Source: Trueperaceae bacterium
GTDB taxonomy: Bacteria > Deinococcota > Deinococci > Deinococcales > Trueperaceae
Assembly: GCA_965215565.1 (NCBI GenBank)
Contig: CBDCDZ010000004.1
Coordinates: forward strand, 704,001-768,000
Length of the DNA: 64,000 bases
Reading direction: 5' to 3'
Shown: piece after piece, positions 18,812 through 27,670 of the stretch
How the letters are laid out: each line of letters starts with the position of its first letter
Numbering within the stretch: the first letter of the stretch is position 1
Made by a program: the position numbers and the translations under genes
The notes under the pieces: model-generated
Databases searched by the model: none
What the model saw: the letters and a program-made list of their open reading frames with translations, nothing else
What the model was told of the DNA's origin: nothing

Positions 18812-18943
18812 TAGCAGTTCCAAGACACACTGAGACGAAATGCCGCAGGCATCATCACCGAACGTGCGTGCTAAACGTCGCTTCGGGCAGTAAGAGTGTT
18901 GCTTCGCATCGCTCCGCGCACTCAAACCAGATGATACCTGCTA
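18812..18943 (+). mobile_element. MITE-like small repeat (TAGCAG...CTGCTA family)
   Basis: TAGCAGTTCCAAGACACACTGAGACGAAATGCCGC...GGCATCATCACCGAACG.GCGTGCTA...CTCAAACCAGATGATACCTGCTA; collinear with 30389-30565. Confidence 0.8.
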
Positions 18944-18998
18944 TCAGATTGAGGAGGGCACTAAAAAATACCTCAACCTCTTGCCGAATCTGGCTACG

Positions 18999-20546
18999 TT
19001 ACCCCACCGGACTTGCCAGCGACGGCAGCCACGTCACGATGCTCGGGAAGAGCACGATCAAGAGCAGCGCCACGAGTTGAATGATGATAAAGGGGATGAT
19101 GCCCCTATAGATATCGGTTGTCTTGACCTCCGGCGGCGCGACCCCTTTGAGGTAGAAGAGCGCGAAACCGAAGGGCGGCGTGAGAAACGAAGCTTGCAAG
19201 TTCATCGCGATCAAGACCCCGAACCAGGGCATCATGTCCGCGCCGAAGTAGCGCAGGGCGATGGGCGCGATAAAGGGCACGACGATAAAGGTAATTTCAA
19301 TGAAGTCGATGAAAAAGCCCAGGAGGAAAATCGTGAGCATCGTGAAGAATAGAAAGCCCCACTGTCCGCCGGGCAGGTTGAGGAGAAACCCGTCTACGAG
19401 CTGCGGTCCGCGCAGCGCGTTAAAGACCATGCTAAACGTCGTCGCGCCGACCAAAATGATGAAGACCATGCTGGTGAGTTTCACCGTCTGATCCATCGTA
19501 TCGAGCAGGTTTTGCAAGTTGAGCTTGCGGTTGACGAGCGCTAGGAGCATCGCGCCGATTGCGCCCGCCGCGCCCGCCTCGGTGGGCGTCGCGTAGCCGC
19601 CGAAGATGGAGCCCAGCACGAGCAGGATGAGCGCTAAGGGCGGGATGAGGTTGACGACGACTTTGTACATCAGCGGCGAGTTCCAGTTGCGCACAAAGAG
19701 CCACACCATCAGCAAAAAGGCGGCGGCGTAGAGCGCATAGAAAAAGAGGTTGACGCCACCCGCCGAGATGGTCAAGAGCTGCAAGATGACGAACAGAAAC
19801 CCGTAGAGAAAGGCAAAGCCGACGAGCATCAGCGGAACTTTGATGTAGGGCGAGACGTCAATAGGTTTGATAGTGCGAGCCTCTAGGGGCATCGCAGGCG
19901 CTTCTTTCGGGCGCGTAAACGCGACGAAAACCACCCACAGCGCGAAGAGCCCCGCCAACATGAAGCCCGGAATTGCTGCGCCTAAGAAAAGCTCACCGAC
20001 GGAGACGCCGATCTGGTCTCCCAAGATGACCAGCACGATGCTCGGCGGAATGATCTGCCCTAGCGTGCCCGAGGAGGCGATCACCCCCGTCGCTAGCGGT
20101 TTGCTGTAGTTGTACTTGAGCATGATGGGCAGCGCCAAGACGCCCATCGTCACGACTGACGCGCCGACGACGCCCGTCGAGGCGGCGAGCAGCGCGCCCA
20201 CAGCCACAACCGAGATAGCGAGACCGCCGCGCAACGAGCCGAACAGGGAGCCCATCGTCTCCAAAAGCTCTTCCGCCAGCCCGGACTTCTCCAGCATCAC
20301 CCCCATAAAGACGAAAAAGGGCACCGCCACTAGCGTGTAGTTATCCATGATTGTGCCGTAGATGCGCTGCGGCAAAATGTTCAAGCGGGCGAGCCGAAAG
20401 GCGTCTTCCCAGGGCCAGAAAGGGACCAAATCGCTGAAAAAGAGGGTGAACAAAAACGCGGTGCCGCCCAAGCTGAAGGCGACGGGGTAGCCAATTAGGA
20501 GCAGCCCGATGGCAGCCGCGAACATCCAGAGTCCGAGATATTCCAC
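18999..20546 (-). CDS. dctM: TRAP transporter large permease
   Basis: GYPVAFSLGG, GTLGQIIPPS, ATPTEAGA.GA and SFLTPPFGFALFYL. Confidence 0.93.
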   Translation of the reverse strand: MEYLGLWMFAAAIGLLLIGYPVAFSLGGTAFLFTLFFSDLVPFWPWEDAFRLARLNILPQRIYGTIMDNYTLVAVPFFVFMGVMLEKSGLAEELLETMGSLFGSLRGGLAISVVAVGALLAASTGVVGASVVTMGVLALPIMLKYNYSKPLATGVIASSGTLGQIIPPSIVLVILGDQIGVSVGELFLGAAIPGFMLAGLFALWVVFVAFTRPKEAPAMPLEARTIKPIDVSPYIKVPLMLVGFAFLYGFLFVILQLLTISAGGVNLFFYALYAAAFLLMVWLFVRNWNSPLMYKVVVNLIPPLALILLVLGSIFGGYATPTEAGAAGAIGAMLLALVNRKLNLQNLLDTMDQTVKLTSMVFIILVGATTFSMVFNALRGPQLVDGFLLNLPGGQWGFLFFTMLTIFLLGFFIDFIEITFIVVPFIAPIALRYFGADMMPWFGVLIAMNLQASFLTPPFGFALFYLKGVAPPEVKTTDIYRGIIPFIIIQLVALLLIVLFPSIVTWLPSLASPVG

Positions 20547-20547
20547 C

Positions 20548-21114
20548 CTACACCGCCTCTGTCTCTTCAGTCACTTTGTCGTGCTGCTCGTAGCCTTCGA
20601 CGCCGCGCAAAAAGGCGACGCGCTTGATGACCTCGCTGACCGCTTGGAGGATAAGTAGCCCAAAGGCGACGATGATCACCGTCTTGATAGGGTAAATAGG
20701 CAACCCGGCGGCGTTGACGTTGATTTCACCCTGTTGCCACGAACGCCCCACATATCCCCAACTAAAATAGATACCCATGACGCAGAAGGGAATCAAAAAG
20801 ATAAAGGTCATGACGATGTCCACCCACGCTTTGAGACGCTGGCTGTAGTTCGAGTAGAGAATATCGACGCGCACGTGCGCGTCCTTGTTGAAGACGTACG
20901 CTGCGCCTAAGAGGAAGATGAGGTTGTAAGCGTAAGTTTGCAAGGCGATATAGAGCGTGCCCCCGAGCGAGATATTCAGCGCTCGCCCCAGATTGCGCGT
21001 GATGACATTGAACGCGCCTAAAAGCACCATGATGAGCGTGAGCCAGAACATGACGTAGGCAATCCAAGTGGTGAGCGTATCAATTCCTTTAGAGATGGCT
21101 AGAAGACCCCGCAC
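20548..21114 (-). CDS. dctQ: TRAP transporter small permease
   Basis: Four TM segments, LGAAY....HVRVD motif, directly upstream of dctM, with SD AAGGAGG. Confidence 0.9.
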   Translation of the reverse strand: MRGLLAISKGIDTLTTWIAYVMFWLTLIMVLLGAFNVITRNLGRALNISLGGTLYIALQTYAYNLIFLLGAAYVFNKDAHVRVDILYSNYSQRLKAWVDIVMTFIFLIPFCVMGIYFSWGYVGRSWQQGEINVNAAGLPIYPIKTVIIVAFGLLILQAVSEVIKRVAFLRGVEGYEQHDKVTEETEAV

Positions 21115-21135
21115 AGGGTTTCGCCTCCTTTCGTC

Positions 21136-21264
21136 GCAGGTATCAACTGGTCAGGGACGCACTCGGCTAAAGTAAGGAGCTAAAGAGAACGTCTACTCTC
21201 GAGATAACACCTAGCATAGCTGCGCCGCAGCACGTCTTAAAACCGCTATTCAGTTGCGACCTGC
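21136..21264. repeat. Degenerate member of the GCAGGTATCA small-repeat family
   Basis: GCAGGTATCAACTGGTCA ... TCAGTTGCGACCTGC imperfect terminal inverted repeats. Confidence 0.45.
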
Positions 21265-21406
21265 AAAACGTATCGGTGTATCGTATCCGTTCGCACAGTT
21301 GCGCGTCAATGCAAAAAGGGTGTGTAGGGGACGTCATTTTTCAAGTATGAAGATGGTGCGCTTTATAGTTGCTGGGGAATTTTGCGTTGGCTCGGTGGTT
21401 GTATTG

Positions 21407-21462
21407 GAGCAATGAGTTCAAAGCTAATGAGCAATGGGTGAAACCCTCTAGACTCATTGCTC
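21407..21462. repeat. GAGCAATGAGT / ACTCATTGCTC heptamer-type inverted repeat cluster
   Basis: GAGCAATGAGT at 21407 and its reverse complement at 21452. The same motif recurs at 22469-22549. Confidence 0.65.
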
Positions 21463-21492
21463 TGAATGCTCAGCCTCGAGCTACACTGCGTC

Positions 21493-22476
21493 ATGGACCT
21501 CCTCATCTTAGGCGGCACCCACTTCGTCGGGCGGCACATGACTAGAACCGCGCTAGACAGGGGGCACACCGTCACCCTCTTCAATAGGGGCAAGACCAAC
21601 CCCGAGCTGTTCCCTGACGCTGAGCATTTACGCGGCGATAGAGACGGCGACATGAGCGCATTAGAGGGGAGAGCCTGGGACGCGGTGCTGGATATGAGCG
21701 GATATCTACCGCGCATTGTCCGCAACTCGGCGGAGCTTATCCGAGCGGAGCACTACACGTTCGTCTCGAGCATCTCCGTTTACCCCGACGACGTGCCCTT
21801 ACACGCCGACGAGAGCGCCGAAGTGATTCAATTGGACGACCCCACCACTGAAACCATCGAGGGCGAAACCTACGGCGGTCTCAAGGTGCTGTGCGAAGAG
21901 GTCGTGAAGGAAGTCAAGGACGCCGCGCTCATCCTGCGCCCCGGCTTAGTCGTCGGACCCTTCGACTACACGGACCGCTTTGTGTACTGGTCGCACCGCG
22001 TGGACGAAGGCGGCGAGGTATTAGCGCCCGAAGGACCCGGCGTGCCGATACAGTTCATCGACGCAAGGGACTTCGCTGACTTCGCCATCTCCTCTGCTGA
22101 GTCAAGGCGCACCGGAACGTACAACGTCGTGAGCAACGCAGATCACTTCACGATGGGAGAGCTTTTGGAGACGTGCAAGCGGGTGAGCGAGAGTGACGCC
22201 ACGTTTACGTGGGTAGCTGAAGACTTCTTGCTGGAGCAAGGCGTCAGGCGCTTTAGTTGGGATTTACCCCTGTGGATCAAAGAGGAGGACCGAAATTTTC
22301 TGCGCGTCAGCAGCGAAAAGGCGCTCGGTCAAGGCTTGGAGATAAGACCCTTGGAGCTGACTGTCCGCGACACCTTGGGCTGGGACAAGACGAGACCGGA
22401 GGGCGAATTCACTAGGGTCGTATCGAGGGAAAGAGAAAAGAAAATTTTGGAGGAGTGGCGTAAAAAGAAGCAATGA
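21493..22476 (+). CDS. NAD-dependent epimerase/dehydratase family (atypical SDR, isoflavone reductase-like)
   Basis: LILGGTHFVG, FNRG.T, SSISVY, YGGLKVLCE and RPGLVVGP.D.TDRF.YW. Start ATG 21493 follows TACACT-N5. Confidence 0.9.
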   Translation: MDLLILGGTHFVGRHMTRTALDRGHTVTLFNRGKTNPELFPDAEHLRGDRDGDMSALEGRAWDAVLDMSGYLPRIVRNSAELIRAEHYTFVSSISVYPDDVPLHADESAEVIQLDDPTTETIEGETYGGLKVLCEEVVKEVKDAALILRPGLVVGPFDYTDRFVYWSHRVDEGGEVLAPEGPGVPIQFIDARDFADFAISSAESRRTGTYNVVSNADHFTMGELLETCKRVSESDATFTWVAEDFLLEQGVRRFSWDLPLWIKEEDRNFLRVSSEKALGQGLEIRPLELTVRDTLGWDKTRPEGEFTRVVSREREKKILEEWRKKKQ

Positions 22477-22549
22477 GTTGAAAGCAACGAGCAATGAGTT
22501 TTGTCCTTTCACTTTCGACTCATTGCTCATTGCTCGGTACTCATTGCTC
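22469..22549. repeat. GAGCAATGAGT / ACTCATTGCTC heptamer-type inverted repeat cluster (likely terminator-like hairpin)
   Basis: AGCAATGAGT at 22469, GAGCAATGAGT at 22489, ACTCATTGCTC at 22518 and 22539. Confidence 0.7.
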
Positions 22550-23041
22550 TTCACAGAAAATAGCGTTCGGCAACAAAATAAGGGGTCCCGTTTTGCGCGT
22601 TGAGGAGAAGCTATCCGGCTTGCCTACACACTTCACGTAATTCCGTACGCAAAACGTGATACACCGCAAAACAAAAGGAAACACCCTCTACCTTGTCTCG
22701 CTCTCTCGGTTCTTCCGCACCAAACTCAATAGTGGGATAGATACGCGCTCGAGCCTCTAGTGGCAAAGGGTGTCTCGCTGTGAGGATTGATCTTGATCCT
22801 TATCTATAAATGGTCCTCCTGTTCACTAACTTGGAGCGATTGTAACTCTTTGAGTACAACTAATGAAGGGTGGCAAGTCCTAATTGTCAGGGGCGCGTCA
22901 TGCTATGATCATAAGTTGGGGCTGGAAACTTATACCTTATTATTTTGCAAAGATACCTCACGCCGCTCTGCGCGCAGTTTTTTAGCAAAGGCTATTAGCC
23001 GTTGAGCACCCCTATAGAATCTGTTTTAACTGCTCCAAAGC

Positions 23042-23070
23042 TTGACGCAAATCGCGCTGCTTCGTATGGT
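23042..23070 (+). promoter_or_regulatory. Sigma70-type promoter TTGACG-N17-TATGGT
   Basis: Near-consensus boxes with 17-bp spacing. Confidence 0.45.
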
Positions 23071-23276
23071 GGATTTGAAACCCACCCCTACCACGCCAAA
23101 ACGTTCTCTCATTCGTGAGCAGCGCTGAGATTCACACTTCGTAGGTTAAAGTCACAGCTCGTCCACAAAACGTAGCGATAAGGCGATCTATTGCTTAGGG
23201 CTATATGCAGGACTCGAGCCTCGCATTCTAGGCAACTTCATAGTTTCGCGCGGCTTTCTAACCTTAAAGTAGCGAC

Positions 23277-23957
23277 ATGAACGTTTTTCTCAGGATCAAA
23301 TCAGCAAGCCAACTAGCTACGCTTCTCACCGTCCTTTTACTCTCCCTTGGCATACTCGCAAGCTGCGGACCCGTCAACCAAAACGAGAGCGCTACAGACG
23401 GCGAGACGGCGACAGTGGACGGCGACGTCGAGGAGGGCGCAAGCGGCGAGCCGGTCTTCGAGGCGAACGACAGCGACAACGACAGCATGATGCGAGACGC
23501 CACCCAAAATGAGAACAGGGGCACCTCAGCGGACAGCGACATCGCTTCAGGTGCAAACGCGGCCGATGTCAACGTCAGCATGACGGCGGACGGCAACGAG
23601 GCGTGGATCATCACGAACGTCGAGGGTGCGGTGGGTCTTGAAAGCCCGCAAGAGGGTATCGACGACGACGCCGAGACGGACACGCCGAACCCGACGCTCA
23701 CGCTCAGCGTGGGCGAGCGCTACCGCTTCAACAACCCGCTTTACGACGTTCACGTCTTGCAGTTTCGTAACGGCTCGGGCGACGTGCTCTTGGGTCAAGG
23801 CGAAACACAAGGCTCCTTCGCCGAGAACGAAGAGGTCAACGCGGTCGTGAGCGACAACGCCGTGACCTTTACCGTCACCGAGGCGTTGGCACAAGAACTC
23901 GCTGACTACCGTTCGCGAGAGTACGACGCGATGACGGGCGCGATTCAAGTCCAGTAA
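23277..23957 (+). CDS. Acidic lipoprotein with a C-terminal cupredoxin-like domain
   Basis: Lipobox LASC, D/E-rich linker, and NPTLTL..G.RY.F.N....H...F...Y......M.G.I pattern. Leaderless TAAAGT-N6-ATG. Confidence 0.7.
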   Translation: MNVFLRIKSASQLATLLTVLLLSLGILASCGPVNQNESATDGETATVDGDVEEGASGEPVFEANDSDNDSMMRDATQNENRGTSADSDIASGANAADVNVSMTADGNEAWIITNVEGAVGLESPQEGIDDDAETDTPNPTLTLSVGERYRFNNPLYDVHVLQFRNGSGDVLLGQGETQGSFAENEEVNAVVSDNAVTFTVTEALAQELADYRSREYDAMTGAIQVQ

Positions 23958-24031
23958 ACCTCGTTAAGACTTCACATCAGGACAAACAGCCCTTGCCGCC
24001 GGGCGTATGTCCGCGTTTATAATAGGAGCAT

Positions 24032-24310
24032 ATGAAACGTACCGGACTCACCTTTAGCCTCGCTCTAGTGCTCAGCCTCGCCCTCTTTCTCAGCGGGTGC
24101 GGACCCGAGACGCAGCAAGGGCCCACCACCGATTCGTCGCTCAACGTAGACTACGTCGGCGTCGGCAACATCGTGCCGCCCGAAGATTTGCGCAGCGACA
24201 CGCCCGACGTGTTCGCCGCCAAAAACCGCGTACCTCACCAGTATAAAGACCTCAACCCGTACAACTTTTTTGCGGTTTTTAACAACCTCAACCCTGGGTT
24301 GAACCGGTAG
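24032..24310 (+). CDS. Small lipoprotein
   Basis: SD AGGAG and signal peptide with lipobox LSGC. Confidence 0.75.
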   Translation: MKRTGLTFSLALVLSLALFLSGCGPETQQGPTTDSSLNVDYVGVGNIVPPEDLRSDTPDVFAAKNRVPHQYKDLNPYNFFAVFNNLNPGLNR

Positions 24311-24327
24311 TCACGGCACAGGTTTTC

Positions 24328-24358
24328 GGCGAGGCTCGAGTCACGCTCGAGCCTCGCC
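24328..24358. terminator. Hairpin GGCGAGGCTCGAG-TCACG-CTCGAGCCTCGCC
   Basis: Perfect 13-bp stem 18 nt after the lipoprotein stop. Confidence 0.65.
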
Positions 24359-24377
24359 TCATGGTAGTGGCTCCATC

Positions 24378-24427
24378 TGGAACGATACGGACGCTGAAGC
24401 AAGGGGTTTCAACCCCTTGTTCATCAC
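24378..24427. repeat. REP-like palindromic repeat TGGAACGA-N14-CAAGGGGTT(T/G)CAACCCCTTG, copy 1
   Basis: Second copy with identical spacing at 58355-58404. Confidence 0.65.
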
Positions 24428-24633
24428 CTTAGCTTATTACGTAGAGACAGCAGAAGGAGCATACAGTAGCATTCGACCTGGAATTGCTGTAGGTTCTGGC
24501 GAGGCTCTGTTGCAGCAACATTTAGACCTGCCCACAGCTACAAAGGTGACGCAAGGCTCCTTGTTATACTCAACCCTATGGCAAACGTAACGAGTCACAT
24601 TGGGATAAAGCGGGGTTGGGACTCTCCCCTAAC

Positions 24634-26040
24634 ATGAACCTCTTCGTCATCTTCGCTGTCATCGTTCTGCTGCTCGCCGCCAACGCGCTCTACGTGGCGG
24701 CGGAGTTCGCGGCGGTCAGCGCGCGGCGTACGCGCATTCAAGAGCGCGCGGCTGAAGGCAACCGCGTCGCGAAGTCGCTCCTCTCGGTTTTGGAGAGCCG
24801 GGAGGAACTCGACCGCTACATCGCGGCGTGTCAGATAGGAATCACCTTATCGAGCCTCGTGATCGGCTTCTACGGTCAGGCGCAGTTGGGTCCGTACCTG
24901 AGCCCGCTCTTCGTCCGCTTCGGCGGTCTGCAAGAGGCGGCGGCGTATTCGGTCTCAGCGGTCGTCGTCTTGCTACTCCTCACAACCTTTCAAGTAATTT
25001 TGGGCGAACTCATGCCCAAATCCGTCGCGGTGCGCTACCCCGAGCGTTTGGCGCTCGTCACCACGCCGCCTATGCGCGTGTCACTCTGGATTTTGCGCCC
25101 CTTCATCTGGGTCTTAAATGGCTCGGCGCTGGCGCTCCTCAAGTCGTTTGGCGCGGAGACCTCGCTCGAAGGAGAGCACGTCCACTCGCCCGAGGAGTTG
25201 GAAAGGCTCGTCAAGGAGAGCGCGCAGGGGGGACTCATCGACGCGGGCGAAAGGGAGATGTTGGAGAACGTCTTGCGCATCGAAACACTCGTGGCGCGCC
25301 AGATCATGGTCCCGCGTACACGCATAGTGACGGCGTCTATCGAGGACACGCCCGCCGACCTCTTAGCCAAACTCGTCGATTCGCCGCACATGCGCTTCCC
25401 AGCGGTGGAAGGCAACGTGGACAATATCGTCGGTATGATCCACCTGCGCGACCTCTTCGCATTCGCGCAGGACAACCCGGCGGGCAGCCTCAAAGAGATC
25501 GTGCGCGAGTTGCCCCTCTACCCCGAGTCCATCACCGTAAGCGACCTTTGGGACGCGCTCCGTTTAGAGGGGCGCTACATGGCGGCCCTATTCGATGAGC
25601 ATGGCGGCACGGCGGGGCTCGTGACCCTAGAGGACATCGTCGAAGAGGTGGTGGGCGAGCTGCAAGACGAGTTCGATCAGGAGACCGAGGCGGTGCGCTA
25701 CGCGGACGACGGGCGCGTCTATCTGCGCGGCGACTTGCTCGTTTCAGCGGTGAATAACAGGCTGCTCCTAAACTTGCCGACAGGCGAAGCGGATACGGTT
25801 GGGGGGCTTGTCGTAGAGCAGTTGGAGCACGTCCCCCGACAGGGCGAAGAGGTGCGCGTGGGCGGTGTGTCGCTGCGCGCCGAGCAGGTGGAGGCGCGCG
25901 CCGTCACCGAGGTGAGCTTGGCGACGCCGACGGAAACTGACCCGCTCGCTGAACAGGACGGGCAAGCTGACGTCAAGGTAGTTGAAGGACCGTCCGCCGA
26001 ACCAGCAGACGAGACAACTGAACAGAAGGTACAGACATGA
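24634..26040 (+). CDS. Hemolysin-family / CNNM (DUF21)-CBS-CorC protein
   Basis: NALYVAAEFA, QIGIT, GEL.PK, IMVPR, DEHGGTAGLVTLEDIVEEVVGE..DEFD. Start placed at ATG 24634. Confidence 0.92.
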   Translation: MNLFVIFAVIVLLLAANALYVAAEFAAVSARRTRIQERAAEGNRVAKSLLSVLESREELDRYIAACQIGITLSSLVIGFYGQAQLGPYLSPLFVRFGGLQEAAAYSVSAVVVLLLLTTFQVILGELMPKSVAVRYPERLALVTTPPMRVSLWILRPFIWVLNGSALALLKSFGAETSLEGEHVHSPEELERLVKESAQGGLIDAGEREMLENVLRIETLVARQIMVPRTRIVTASIEDTPADLLAKLVDSPHMRFPAVEGNVDNIVGMIHLRDLFAFAQDNPAGSLKEIVRELPLYPESITVSDLWDALRLEGRYMAALFDEHGGTAGLVTLEDIVEEVVGELQDEFDQETEAVRYADDGRVYLRGDLLVSAVNNRLLLNLPTGEADTVGGLVVEQLEHVPRQGEEVRVGGVSLRAEQVEARAVTEVSLATPTETDPLAEQDGQADVKVVEGPSAEPADETTEQKVQT

Positions 26041-27368
26041 TGAGCGTCCTACTTCCCATCCTCGTGATCATCGTCCTCATTATCTTGAATGGGCTCTTTG
26101 TCGCGGCGGAGTTCGCGATTGTGGGCTCGAGGCGCACCCGCGTTGACAAGTACGCCGAGGAGGGCAGCGGGGCGGCGCGCTACGTGCAGCGCGTGCTCTC
26201 GAGCCCTGAAAACCAGGACCGCTACATCGCCATCGCGCAGCTAGGCATCACCTTGGCGAGCATCGGTTTGGGGATGTACGGCGAGCAGTCTATCGCGGGC
26301 TGGCTCTACGGACCTCTGGAGCAATACGGCGGCTTAGGCTACGCCGCGTCGCACACCATCGGCACGATCATCGCGGTCTCCTTTTTAACGTATTTTCACG
26401 TCGTCATCGGCGAGATGATTCCGAAAGCGTTGGCGCTCCAGAAGCCCGAGGAGACCTCCTTTCGCGTGGCGAGGCCGATGCGCGTTGTGGGAACGGTTTT
26501 CCGGCCGGCGGTGTGGGCGCTCAACGGCGCGGGTACGCTGCTCCTCAAAGCGATGCGCGTTCCCGAGCCCGACGCGAAGAGCCGCTTCTACACGCCGCAA
26601 GAGTTTGAGCTTGTCGTCGGCGAATCGAGCGAGGCGGGCGCGCTGGAGAGCGAGCAACAAGAACTCATTGCCAACATCTTCGACTTCAGCGAGCGCGACG
26701 TGGGGCAACTGATGACGCCGCGTCCGCGCGTGATAGGGCTGAGCGTTGACAGCACAAGAGAGGACCTAGTCGCGCTCATCCGCGAGGGGCAGCACAGCCG
26801 CTTCCCGGTTTACGAAGGTGATTTAGACCACATCGTCGGGCTCTTGCACATTAAAGACTTCATCCGTGAGCAGGCGCGAGGCGAGTCCGAGCCCTTCGAA
26901 CTGCGCTCGCTCGTCCGCCGCGCGCCGCGCGTGCCGGAGGGGATGGCGGCGGAGAACCTCTTGGAGTCTTTCAAACATCTCAAGGTGCACATGGCGGTGG
27001 TCATGGACGAGTTCGGCGGTACGGCGGGCATCGTCACCTTGGAAGATTTGATCGAAGAAGTTGTCGGCGAGGTGCAAGACGAGTTTGACCGCGAAACACC
27101 GCCTGTCCAGAAAGTTGACGACGACACACTCTTGGTGCGCGGCGACGTGCTCTTAGATGACCTCAACGAGCATCACGGCTTTGACCTCTCTTCGGAGACT
27201 TCGGATACGGTGGCGGGACTTTTACTCGGCGAGTTGGGGCGTCCACCTAAAGTTGGCGACGAAGCAGAGATACAAGGGGTCCACCTGGGGGCGGAAGAGG
27301 TCGAAGGGCTGGTCATTCGGAAGGTGCGCTTGACGCGAATGAGCAAAGAGGCAGAGGAAGTGTCTTAA
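26037..27368 (+). CDS. Hemolysin-family / CNNM (DUF21)-CBS-CorC protein, tandem paralog
   Basis: NGLFVAAEFA, QLGIT, GEMIPK, MTPR and DEFGGTAGIVTLEDLIEE. Confidence 0.92.
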   Translation: MMSVLLPILVIIVLIILNGLFVAAEFAIVGSRRTRVDKYAEEGSGAARYVQRVLSSPENQDRYIAIAQLGITLASIGLGMYGEQSIAGWLYGPLEQYGGLGYAASHTIGTIIAVSFLTYFHVVIGEMIPKALALQKPEETSFRVARPMRVVGTVFRPAVWALNGAGTLLLKAMRVPEPDAKSRFYTPQEFELVVGESSEAGALESEQQELIANIFDFSERDVGQLMTPRPRVIGLSVDSTREDLVALIREGQHSRFPVYEGDLDHIVGLLHIKDFIREQARGESEPFELRSLVRRAPRVPEGMAAENLLESFKHLKVHMAVVMDEFGGTAGIVTLEDLIEEVVGEVQDEFDRETPPVQKVDDDTLLVRGDVLLDDLNEHHGFDLSSETSDTVAGLLLGELGRPPKVGDEAEIQGVHLGAEEVEGLVIRKVRLTRMSKEAEEVS

Positions 27369-27670
27369 ACCCTCCGAGTCACGAGCAAACTATGAGGACG
27401 TGTGCGGTGCGTAGGAAATTTATACATCGTTTCGCGCCGACGGCACATTCGGTTGTGGCGGAGAACGACGTTGCGTGGGGGAGGATTTTACATCTACCTT
27501 GGTCCGCCACCTTCATCCATCTCTGTGTGAGTTAATGCACATCTCGCTAAAATCCGGTACTATCGGGGGAGAGAGCGAAAAGAAAACAGACGTTGTCTCT
27601 TCGTGTTGCGAACGCTACAGTCCGGTAGGCGTATCGGTAACCAGATGACCTCTGTTCCGAGAGGAGCACC

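Noticed and set aside
21407..22549. Short repeats considered as a possible CRISPR array
   Set aside because: The repeats are 7-11 bp, partly inverted and irregularly spaced, with no unique spacers and no cas genes.
24828..25598. Long alternative-frame or antisense ORFs (also 12287-13015, 57263-57931, 48934-49485, 50670-51233)
   Set aside because: Shadow ORFs of GC-rich genes that already have clear family motifs.
24634..27368. Tandem 'hemolysin' genes as virulence factors
   Set aside because: These are CNNM/CorC-type metal homeostasis proteins; the hemolysin label is a legacy annotation.
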